From contig NC_092379.1 in NCBI RefSeq assembly GCF_030028105.1, forward strand, positions 1,847,164-1,911,163: a DNA stretch of 64,000 bases, in the 5' to 3' direction. This document shows, in pieces, positions 26,280 through 37,699 of this stretch; position 1 is the first letter of the stretch; every line of letters begins with the position of its first letter. A model generated the notes under the pieces. The model had not been told where the DNA came from. It made no database searches and saw only the letters and a list, made by a program, of their open reading frames with translations. The translations under genes and the position numbers were made by a program. Source of the DNA: Mobula birostris (lineage: Eukaryota).

Positions 26280-27305
26280 TAGGAGACAGAGGGTGGTGGC
26301 TGAAGGGGCTTATTTGAGCCGGAGGTCTGTAATTAGTGGAGTTCTGTAGGGATCTGTGCTGGGGCCTCTGCTGTTTGTAACGTACTGTATATAAATAACA
26401 TGAATGAAAATGGAATGGGTGGGTTAGTAAATTTGCATTTAAAACCAAGATTGGTGGAGTAGTGGATGGTGTAGAAGACTGGCAAGGAATGCAGCACAGT
26501 ATAGATCAGTTGCAGATATAGGCTGAGAAATGGCAGATGGCGCTTAACTCAGATAAATGTGAGTTTTTGCATTTCGGTAGGGCAAATGCAAGGAGATAGT
26601 AAGGGCAAGGTTGCTGAGCAGAGAGATCTTGAGATCCAGGTTCAAAGCTCCTTGAAAATGGCTACACAGGTCAATAGGGTGGTTAAGAAGGCTTGTTTTT
26701 ATTAGTTGAGGCATTGAGTTTAAAAATTGAGAGGTCATGTTGCAACTTTATAAAATTCTAATTAGGCCACATCGGGAGTATTGCATGCAGAGCTGGTTGC
26801 CCCACTATAGCAAGGATGTGGAGGCTTTGGAGAGGGTACAGAGGAGGTTTACCGGGATGCTGCCAGGTTTAGAGGGCATGTGCTAACACAAGAGGCTGGA
26901 TAAACTTGGGTTGTTTGCTCTGGAGCGCCGGAGGCTGAACGGAGATCTGAGAGAGGTTTACAGGATTATGAGAGGCATAGATAGAGTGGACAGAGAGTAT
27001 CTGTGTCCCAGAGTTGAAATGTCCAATAATATAGGACATGCATTGACGATAAGAGGGGGTAGGTTCAGGAGGGATATGAGGGGTAAGTTTTTTATACAGG
27101 GAATTGTACTGCCTGGTATAGTGGGTGGAGACAAATCTGTTAGAGGATTTTAAAAGACATTTGGATAGGCATATGGAGGGATAGAGGGATATGGACATGA
27201 TGTACGTAGGACGGATTAGTGTTTGGGTGACTTTGATTTGCTTTTTAGCTGGTTCAGCACAACACTGTGGGCCGAATGGTCTGTTCCTGTGCTGTACTTG
27301 TCTAA
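26280..27305 (+). mobile_element. CR1 LINE 3' fragment (RT C-terminal part)
   Basis: Degenerate [21 protein letters not shown] and LERRRLNGDLREVYRIMRG. Confidence 0.88.
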
Positions 27306-27329
27306 TTCTAATTCTTCCACATCTCAGAG

Positions 27330-27990
27330 ATACTTTATACTTTATACTTTATTGTCGCCAAACAATTGATACTAGAACGTACAACCATCACAGCGATATT
27401 TGATTCTGCGCTTCCCGCTCCCTGGAGTACAAATCGATTGTAAATATTAAAAATTTAAATTATAAATCATAAATAGAAAATAGAAAAACGGGAAGTAAGG
27501 TAGTGCAAAAAAAAAACCGAGAGGCAGGTCCGGATATTTGGAGGGTACGGCCCAGATCCAGGTCAGGATCCGTTCAGCAGTCTTATCACAGTTGGAAAGA
27601 AGCTGTTCCCAAATCTGGCTGTACGAGTCTTCAAGCTCCTGAGCCTTCTCCTGGAGGGAAGAGGGACGAAAAGTGTGTTGGCTGGGTGGGTCGAGTCCTT
27701 GATTATCCTGGCAGCACTGCTCCGACAGCGTGCGGTGTAAAGTGAGTCCAAGGATGGAAGATTGGTTTGTGTGATGTGCTGCGCCGTGTTCACGATCTTC
27801 TGCAGCTTCTTCTGCTCTTGGACAGGACAACTTCCATACCAGGTTGTGATGCACCCCAGAAGAATGCTTTCTACGGTGCATCTATAAAAATTAGTGAGGG
27901 TTTTAGGGGACAATTTCTTTAGTTTTCTCAGGAAGTAAAGGCGCTGGTGGGCCTTCTTGGCAGTGGACCCTGCTTGGTTGGTCCAAGTCA
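27330..27990 (-). mobile_element. Young Rex1/Babar LINE 3' fragment
   Basis: Minus ORF 27563-27913 (LTNFYRCTVESILLGCITTWYGSC...RFGNSFFPTVIRLLN) and an (ataaagt)n tail. Confidence 0.9.
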
Positions 27991-28699
27991 GGTCATCTGT
28001 GATATTCAGGTCATTCAGGTTGTCAAAATCAAAGCAGAGTTTGCCCCCATCTGCACAAGTATATGAACGAACAGATGCAAGGAAAAACGTACTCGTAGCA
28101 GCATCACTGACTCAGGGTATTAGTTACTCAGCGTTCACAAGAAAAACACAAACATCAATTTTTGCAAGAAAGAACACATTAGAACAAACAAGAATATTTT
28201 TATTGCAAAGTAATCAAAGTAGTGTCAGTGTTACTAAACTCTAGTGACCCGGGTTGTGCCAGCTGGTTATAGAACAGAATGGTTGAAAGGAAGAATCTGT
28301 TCTTGAACCTACTGGTGTGGAACTTCAGGCTTCCTTTTCTCCTGCCCAGTGGTAGCAGTGAGAAGATTTATTGCTGCAGGGAGTGGTGATCTTTAATGAT
28401 CTTTCTTCAGGTAGTGCCTCTGGTTGAAAGATTAATTGGCCTCTGTAGTGTGTGGATTAGTATGACTGGGTGCTTTGGTCAGTGCAGTTTACCCCCATGT
28501 TCTGTGACTTCACCTCCACCAACCAGTTGCCTCTGTGCTATCTCAGCTCCCACTGGCACCACCTTGGTCTCCACCCTACCACAAACATTACCTCTGTACC
28601 CTTCAACGCCTCCTTCTTCTGTACAACTTCAAATATGTTTGGTTTCTCACGTTACCTGGGACTTATGCAACGACTTTAGCCTGAAATGATGTGCTGGGA

Positions 28700-29740
28700 T
28701 CGGAGAGGGACCACAGGACGTTCACGAGAATGATCCAGGGAATGAAAGGGTTAGTGTAGGAGGAGGATTTGATTTCTCTGTGCCTGTACTCACTGGCAGT
28801 TTAGATAGACAGATACTTTATTGATCCCAAAGGAAGTTAGAGGTCACAGCAGCATTACAAGTGCACAGATATACAAATATTAGAAGAGAAGTAAGAAAGA
28901 GTAAAAAATAAATTACCTCAAACAGTCTGACAGGATGGGGTCATCATTTTCCCGGCTACACGTTGACTCATTACAGAGCCTAATGGCTGAGGGTAAGTAT
29001 GACTTCATACAGCGCTCTTTGGAGCAGCACAGTTGGCTTTAGTCTATTACTAAAAGTGCTCCTCTGTTCAGCCAAGGTGGCATGCAGAGGGCGAGAAACA
29101 TTGTCCAGAATTTCCAAGATTTTCCTTTGGGTCCTTTGTTCCACCACAGCCCCCAGTGTATCCCGTTTGAGTCCTAAAACAGAGCCAGCCTTTCTAATCA
29201 GTTTATTGAGCCTGCTGGCATCACCCGTGTTAATGCCATTGCCCCTATACACCACCACTTAGAACATTTACAACACCTAGAAGAATGAGGGGGGATCTCA
29301 TCGAAACCTAGCAAATACTGAAATGCCCAGGTCAAGGGTTCCCAACCTGAACCCCTCAGTTAATGGTTGGGTCAATGCTGGGAATCCCTGGTCTAGATAG
29401 AGTGGACGTGGAGAGCATATTTCCTACAGTGGGAGAGTCTAAGGACCAGAGAGCACAGTCTCAGAATACAAGGATGTCCCTTTAGAATGGAGGTGAGGAG
29501 AAATTTCTTTAGCCCGATGGGTGGTGAATCTGTGGAATTCATTTCCACTGATGGCTGTGGAGTCCAAGGCATTGGGTATTTAAAGCAAAGGTTGATAGGT
29601 TCTTGATTAGACAGAGCATCAAAGATTACAAGGAGAAGGTAGGAGAATGGGCTTAGGTCATTCTCAGCCTGATGGAATGGTGTAGCAGACTCAATGGGCT
29701 GAATGGCCTAATTCTGTTCCTTTGTCTTATGGTTTTATGA
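28700..29740 (+). mobile_element. CR1 3' fragment hosting a Rex-type insertion and a hAT MITE
   Basis: CR1 sequence resumes after 29260 (agaagaatgagggggg); hAT MITE at 29333-29390. Confidence 0.8.
28801..29260 (-). mobile_element. Rex1/Babar-type LINE 3' fragment
   Basis: Minus ORF RLNKLIRKAGSVLG...ILDNVSRPLHATL and aataaagtatct tail. Confidence 0.85.
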
Positions 29741-31161
29741 AATGTTAATTCAGTTTATCTCTTGACAGCTACTGCCTAACCTTGTAAGAATTTCCACAAA
29801 TTTCTCTTTTATTTCAACAAATCCAATGCTCAGTAACCACATCTAGTCTGGTTGAAGCCAATCAATAATCATTAAGAAACTCTGAACCAAATTGCTGGAA
29901 GTACTCAGCAGGTCAGGCAGCATCTATGGAGAGAGAAACAGAAGTTTCAGAGTTCTGAGAAGTTCTAACTGGCTTCTGATGAAATATTAACAACGGATCT
30001 TCTGTGGAAGGGTGATTATAAGATAGAATTTCATATTCAATCCGTGCGTGGCCAATAAGTCTAAAACTAAAATCTTAAAGACAGCATGAGGTAGGTTGGA
30101 AAATAATCAAGAACACATATGCAGTAAATGTGAAATAAAAACACAGAATTCTGGAAAGACTAGGTTGCAGCACCACTGGAGAGAAATAAGGGTAACATTT
30201 CAAGTCAGTGACCTTGCATCAAAGCTCAGAATAGTAAGAAAATATATTCTCATGTTCCTTTGTTAAAACAGGCATGAATATTTCAGTAGAAGAATTTCAA
30301 AACCAATACTTTACTTTGGTAACGTGTCATGTAATTGATACAATCAGATCATACCTAACTTGAACCTTCTAAAATCCCAAATGGATTTGCTGAACAAATA
30401 TTTAATTGTTTTGTAGATCCCCGATCACTTTGGGGGACAGAATCTCAGGTTTTCTGTAGTCTCAGAATGGAAAATTGATTCCTGGTTCTAATACAGGGAA
30501 TCCAAACACCATACAGGGCAGAAGCAGGCCTTTCAGCCCAAACATGCCCGTGCTATCCATCATGTACACATCTTACACATCCCATTTACCTGCACTGACC
30601 CAGAGCCTTCTATAGTTCAAAGTTCAAAGTACATTTATTATCAAAGTATATAAACAGAATACAGCTCTGAGGTCTGTCCTCCCACAGGCAGCCAGGAAAC
30701 AAGGAAACACCGTGGAACCTATTCAGGAAAACATCAAGCACCCAACACACGGACGGAGATCAAATCACGCAAATGACAAAAAGTGAGGGGACAGCATCAA
30801 ACATCAGGCCAGTAATATTCAGTTTAGTGGTCAGTTCAGCGTCACACCGCTATCCCACTGCAGGCCTGCGCCCAGTCTGCATCGATCGTCCCACTGCGCC
30901 ATCTTGCAGATATCTTTGTAACTCAAGTGTTCGTTCAGATGCTGTTTAAATGTTCTGCCTCCACCACAGCTTCTGGCAGTGTGCTCCAGACTGTAGGCAT
31001 CCTCTGGTTGATTTTTGCACCTCCCCCCCACATACACACAGATTCCTTTTAATCCTTTTATTCCTCACCTTTAATCTCGTGCTCGCTGGTTTCCCTCAAG
31101 GTGGACGGTTTCTGTATTCACTAGAATTCAGAAGAATGAGGGTGGCCTCGAAGAAATCTAT

Positions 31162-31762
31162 CATAGTCATAGTCATACTTTATCGATCCGAGGGGGAAAT
31201 TGGTTTTCGTTACAGTTCTATAAATAGTCATAGAACCATAAATAGTTAAATAGTAATATGTAAATTATGCCAGGAAATAAGTCCAGAACCAGCCTATTGG
31301 CTCAGGATGTCTGACCCTCCAAGGGAGGAGTTGTAAAGTTTGATGGCCACAGGCAGGAATGACTTCCTATGATGCTCTGTGCTGCATCTCGGTGGAATGA
31401 GTCTCTGGCTGAATGTACTCCTGTGCCCACCCAGTACATTATGTAGTGGATGGGAGACATTGTCCAAGGTGGCATGCAACTTGGACAGCATCCTCTTTTC
31501 AGATACCACCGTCAGAGAGTCCAGTTCCATCCCCACAACATCACTGGCCTTACGAATGAGCTTGTTGATTCTGTTGGTGTCTGCTACCCTCAGCCTGCTG
31601 CCCCAGCACACAACAGCAAACATGATCACACTGGGCACCACACCACAGACTCGTAGAACATCCTCAGCATTGTCCGGCACATGTTAAAGGACCTCAGTCT
31701 CCTCAGGAAGTAGAGACGGCTCTGACCCTTCTTGTAGGCAGCCTCAGTGTTCTTTGACCAGT
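31162..31762 (-). mobile_element. Rex1/Babar-type LINE 3' fragment nested in CR1
   Basis: KKGQSRLYFLRRLRSFN and RINKLIRKASDVVG...KSFLPVAIKLYN; (atgact)n tail. CR1 continues on both sides (about 31110-31161 and 31763-32135). Confidence 0.9.
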
Positions 31763-32592
31763 GAATGGTGAAAGGCCTTGATAGAGTGGATGTGGAGAGA
31801 ATGTTTCCTGTGGTGGGGGAGTCTAAGACCAGAGGACATAGATTCAGAATAGAAGAGTGTTCTTTTAGAACAGAGATGAGGAGGAATTTCTTTAGCCAGA
31901 GAGTGGTGAATCTGTGGAATTCTTTGCCAAAGGTAGCTGTGGAGGCCAAATCTTTATGTATATTTAAGGAAGAGGTGGATAGATTCTTTATTGGTCAGGA
32001 CATGAAGGGATACAGGGAGAAGGCAGGAGATTGGGGGTGAGAGGAAAATTGGATCAGCCACGACAAAATGGAGGAGCAGACTTGATGGGCCGAATGGCCC
32101 AATTCTGTTGCTATATCTTATAGCTTTATGGTTTCTCGCTATCTATCCTATCTCTGCTCCTCATAATTTTGTAACCACCTTTCCAGCAATCCTCAGCCTC
32201 CACCGCTGCAAGGGAAACAAACACAGTCTATCTAGTCTCTCCTTGCTACTAAAGTGTTGCATCCCAGGCAAATCTTGGCAAATCTCCTGCACATTCTTTA
32301 TCAATGCATACATGTCTGGGAATGAAATGGATGCCATATGAGGAGCACTTGATGGCTCTGGGCCAGAACTCACTGGAATTCTGAAGAATGAGAGGGGATC
32401 TCATTGAAACCTATCAAATGGTGAAAGGCCTTGATTGAGTGAATGTGGAGAGGATGTTTCCTGTGATGGGAGAGTGTAGGACCAGAGGACACAGCCTCAG
32501 AATAGAGGGACCTTCATTTTGAACAGAGATAAAGAGGTATTTCTTTAGCCAGAACTCCTGTGGAGGCCAAGTCACTAGGTATATTTAAGGCA

Positions 32593-32875
32593 CAAAATAC
32601 TCTGCAGATGCTGGGATCAAAGCAACACTCACAACACGCTGGAGGAACTCAGCAGGTCGGGCAGCATCCGTGGAAACGATGAGTCGACGTTTCAGGCCGG
32701 AACCCTTCGTCAGGACTGTAGAGGGAGGGGGCAGAGGCACTATAAAGAAGGTGGAGGGAGGGTTGCCCCTTCCCTCGTCAGTCCTGATAAAGGGTTCCGG
32801 CCCGAAACGTCGACTCATCGTTTCCACGGATGCTGCCCGACCTGCTGAGTTCCTCCAGCGTATTGTGAGTGTTGC
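32593..32875. mobile_element. Young Penelope-derived inverted-repeat insertion in a CR1 fragment
   Basis: 98-bp inverted arms 32621-32718 and 32779-32876 (4 mismatches); perfect 13-bp TSD tatatttaaggca at 32580-32592 and 32876-32888. Confidence 0.9.
32681..32718 (-). ncRNA. Minimal type I hammerhead ribozyme motif (Penelope-type), core intact
   Basis: Minus strand cAGTC-CTGACGA-agggttccggcct-GAAA-CGTC-GACTc: stem I AGTC/GACT, CUGANGA and GAAA boxes, GUC cleavage triplet, palindromic ACGT helix III. Confidence 0.75.
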
Positions 32876-34446
32876 TATATTTAAGGCAGATGTTGATAGA
32901 TTCTTGATTAGTCAAAGCATGAAGGGACACAGGGACAAGGCAGGAGATTGGGACAGACGGGGATCAACAGTCAAAGCTTCAGTATATCAGTCCACTATAC
33001 CGTACATTTGCCAGTGGTCACAGATGGCACAACCATGGTGAAATGACAGGAGCAGAGACGATGGGCCAGATGTCTTAACTCTGGTCCTACATCTGATGGT
33101 CTTTACAACATGAAGACCGTAGAACAGTCAGCACAGGAACAGGCCCTTCATCCCACAACGTTGTGCCAAACCGGCTAAGAAAACCAGTCCTACCTACACA
33201 TGGCCCATCTCCCTCCATCTTCTTCGCATCCATGAGTCTATCTAAACATCTGTTAAAAGCCTCTGTTATATTTTCCTCTACCGCCATTGCATTCCACCAC
33301 TCTCCGAGTAAAACACTTACCCCTCACATCTTAGAACGTTACAACACAGCACAGGTCCTCCTGCCCATGGTGTTCAGCTGACCTTTTAACTTAGTCTGAG
33401 ATCAATCCAACATAAGCCTCCATGTGCCTGACTACGAGTTTTATAAATGCCCAATGTATCTGCTTCTAACATCACCCAAGCAGGGTGTTCCACACACTCA
33501 CCACTCTCTGCTGAAAAAACAACCTGCCTCTAACATCCTACCCATACTTTCCTCCAGTCACCTAAAATTATTTCCCTGTATTAGCCATTTTCACCCCAGG
33601 GAAAAAGTCTCTGGCTGTCCACTCAATCTATTCCTCTCGGCTTCTTATACACCTCCTATCAAGTCACTTCTCATCTTTCTCTGCTCCAAAGGGAAAAGCC
33701 CTAGTTCGTTCAGCCTATAAGAAATGTTCCCTAATGCAGGCAGCATCCTGGTAAATCTCCTCTGCACCCCCTCTAAAGCTTCTATGTCCTTCTGATAATG
33801 AAGCAACCAGAACTAAACTCAACACTCCAGGTGTGGTCTAACCAATGTTTTATAGAGCTGCAACATTGCCTAGAGGCTCGTGAACTTGATCTCCCAACTA
33901 ATGAAGGCCAACACACCATACCTGTTCTTAACAACCCTTTCAACTTGCATGGTAACTTTGAGGGGTCTTCTTAAACACCACCAGGCTGTTCCTTGTTCTC
34001 CTATAGTGGAGGGAATATAAGGTTGATACATTACTTTCCTTTATGATAAAAATGACTCAGGCCATCGTCTATTAGAGCTCCAGAGGTAATCCCATCAAAC
34101 ACCTCTCCACAATGGGAGCTCAGGGAAACACGAGATTCAGTGGCCAGGTTTACAAAAGCGGCTACTTTAAAGTGAGAATGGAACAGCCACATCCCAGTGA
34201 GGAGGATATGTTTTCCAGGAATCTGACAGAGTCAAACCATAAGACAAAGGATCAGAATTAGGCCATTCAGCCCATTGAGTCTGTTCCACCATCTGACCAA
34301 GTGATCTATTTTTCCTCTCAACCCGATTCTCCTGCTTTTATTTTTATTTAGTGTAGAACAGGCCCTCCGTGCCGCACCACCCAGAAGCCCCTGATTTAAC
34401 CATAAACAAACCATGGGACAATTTACAATGACCAATTACCCTACTA

Positions 34447-35175
34447 GGTACAGGAGGATGGGGTAAGAGCAGACATTCGTGAAATGGAAGAGATGCAGTT
34501 GAGGGCAGTGTTAATAGTGCTGGAAGAAAGGCCCCTTTCTTTGAAAAAGGAGGACATCTCCTTCGTTCTAGAATGAAAAGCCTCATGCTGAGAGCAGATG
34601 CGGCAGAGATGGAGGAATTGAAAAAAATTCAATTCCCGGTGTGGCCTCCTGTATATCAGTGAAACCCGATATAGATTGGGAGACCGCTTCGCTGAGCATC
34701 TACACTCCGTCCGCCAGAACAAGTGGGATCTCCCATTTTAATTCCACTTCCCATTCCCTTTCTGATATGTCCATCCATGGCCTCCTCCACTGTTGTGATG
34801 AGGTCACGCTTAGGTTGGAGGTACAACACCTTGTATTCCGTTTGGGAAACCTCCAACCTGATGGCATGAACATCGATTTCTCAAACTACCTGTAATGCCC
34901 CCAACCCCCTTCTCCATTTCCTACATTTCCCATCCCCTTTTCCCTCTCTCACCTCATCTCACCAATCAACTTCCCAGCTCTTTACTTCACCCATCTCCCT
35001 CCAGGTTTCACCTATCACCTAATGGTTCTCTCTCCCCTCGCCCCACCTTTCAAATCTACTCCTCAGCCTTTTCCCTCCAGTCCTGCCGAGGGTCCCAGCC
35101 CGAAATGTCGACTGTACTAGTTTCCATAGATGCTGCCTGACCTGCTGAGTTTCTCCAGCATTTTGTGTGTGTTGA
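34447..35175. mobile_element. Penelope-like element fragment (inverted RT C-terminal piece plus GIY-YIG and 3' tail)
   Basis: Minus FHSRTKEMSSFFKERG; plus CGLLYISETRYRLGDRFAEHL...LEVQHLVFRLGNLQPDGMNIDFSN; mutated hammerhead at 35078-35115. Confidence 0.85.
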
Positions 35176-35179
35176 ATGA

Positions 35180-36260
35180 ATTTTACAGACTCACCACCTC
35201 TGGTGAAATAAATTTCCCACTTCTCTGATCTAAAGTGACATCTACTATTCTAAGGTTCTGCTCTCTGGTCCTAGGAAACATCCTCTCCACATCCACTCTG
35301 TCTAGGGTATTAAATATTCCATAGTTTCAATGAAATCCTCCTTTATTCTTCTAAACTCGGGCTAAAGAAATTCCTCCTCATCGCTGCCCTAAAGGGACAT
35401 CTTCCACTCTGAGGCCTTGCCCCTCTCTGGTTCTAGATTCTTCCACTACTGGAAACATCCTCTGCATATCCATTCCATCTAGGCCTTTCAATATTCAGTA
35501 GGTTTTTAATTAGATCCCTATTGAGACCATAAGACCATAAGACATAGCCGTAGAATTAGGCCATTCAGCCCACTGAGTCTGCTCATAAGTCATAGCTGAT
35601 TTATTTTCCCTCTCAAACGCATTCTCCTGCCTTCTCCCCATAACCTTCAATGAACTGACTAACCAAAAACCTGTCGAACTCTGCTTTAAATATACTTGGC
35701 CTCCACAGCCGCCTGTGGCAATGAATTCCACAGATTCAACACCCTCTGACTAAAGAAATTCCTTTTCATCTCCATTCCAAATGGACATCCCTCTATTCTG
35801 AGGCTGCTCCCTCTGGTCCTAGATCCACCCATTATTGAAAACATGCTCTCTACATACACTTGGTCTAGACCTTTCAACATTCAATAGGTTTCAACGAGAT
35901 CCTCCTTCATTATTCTAAGCTCTGGCTAAAGAATCTCCTCCTCATTCCTGTTCTAAAGTGATGTCCTTATATTCTGACACTGTGCCTCCCTTGTGCCTGG
36001 CAGACAATCTTTGAAGAGTAATGATAATGGCTGGGGTCGCCCATCTTGTAAAGACACCGCCCAGAAGAAGGCAATGGCAAAGCTCTTCTGTGGAAAAATT
36101 TGCCAAGAACAATCATGGTCATGGAAGGACCATGACTGCCCATGGCACATAATGATGGTGAGGGCCATCTCTGTTTCTAGACTCTCCCACTATTGGAAAC
36201 ATTCTCTCCATGTCCATCCTATCTAGGCCTTTCAATATTCAGGAGATTTTCAATGAGAGC
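35180..36260 (-). mobile_element. Cluster of about four tandem CR1 3' segments with a SINE insertion
   Basis: The segment gctaaagaaattcctcctcatc...ggaaacatcctctc...ggtttcaatgagatcc recurs repeatedly. Confidence 0.8.
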
Positions 36261-37639
36261 GCTATTGAGTTTGCAAGATGTTCTAAGTTACCCAAACATG
36301 AGGGATAGGAACGTTAACTCAAGACAAGGTATCATGATGCCTCTCAACATTCAAACAATGAAGAGCGGACAAATATACTCCAAAAGGAAGAGCTGGATGC
36401 AGAAACTCGATATAAAGGAGACAACAGAAGACCCGAGGTTGTTCTAGAAATTTTAATGCATTTCCTTTAGTTTTCTGTTTCATAGCAGTGCATTGCCAGA
36501 ACTGATAGTCTAGGTTGTACATTGGATTTGGGTGAATACAATAGTGATATAGCCATTTATAATTTCTGTGCATTGAACAGAAGTTACATGTTAAACACTA
36601 ACATGCAGCAAACAAAACAGATCGTAGATCCACTGACAGTGACTCTTGGACAGGCTCTAAAGGAAGGAAAGCACTTTATCAACCCGTGAGAATAGGAAAA
36701 AAAAGTGGAAATAAGAACCGTGGGGGGGGGTGAACGTGTTGGAGAGCGAGTATCAGAAATGGCGAGAGAGTTTTCATCTGAAATACTCAAAAAGGCTTAA
36801 ATAAAACTGTTTGTCTCTGATTTCTTCGGCAATAGCTGTAGTTTGTGGGACAGATACGTTTTTATTTAGAGATACAGCACGGAACAGGCTCTTCCGGCCC
36901 AGCAACCCCCTGATTTAAAGCTAGCCTAATGAAAGGACAATTTACAATGACCAATTCACCTACTCACTGATACCTCTTTGGACTGTGGGAGGAAAGCAGA
37001 GCACCCAGGAGAAACCCACGCAATTCACGGGGAGAACTTACGAACTCCTTAAAGAGGGTGCCGGAATTGAGCTCCAAACTCTGGAATGCCCGGAGCTGGA
37101 ACAGCATCGTGCTAACCACTACACCGTTGTGGGTTAAAAATTCTCCAAGCAGATCTGCAAAGCCCGCATACCTTAACATATCTGCTGGGACTTCGCTGCT
37201 GGACTGGACAACACATGCCTGAGCTCTGTAAATGGTAAGAGGGTGACCTGACACACACCTGAACATCTAAATGTCTCACATATCAGTGGATACGCGTCTT
37301 CTCACTCCATCCTAACCACCTCATAATGTCATGTGTATGTGTGTCTCAATGCTGAGTCCTGTGAGTGACACTTCATCAAATCGATCATGGAGCAGACACG
37401 CGTGAGGTGCCTGCAGGCGAGCAGAATTCTCCAAGGTTTCTGGTGCCTTGCTATCCACTTGTGGGCTTTTCCTACCGAGTTTTAAGACCATTACGACATA
37501 GAGTTAGGCCATTTGGCTAGTCAACTCTACTAACTAATAAATTCCAGCTCACCTGTACGCTGAACCAGAGCTTGCAATTCGTTAAAGTCATTCTCATGCT
37601 TAAATAATTATTTGTTGACAAGTATCATCAGGAGACATC

Positions 37640-37698
<59 letters not shown>
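37640..37698. repeat. Compound microsatellite (TG)n(TA)n(CA)n
   Basis: Directly visible. Confidence 0.97.
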
Positions 37699-37699
<1 letters not shown>

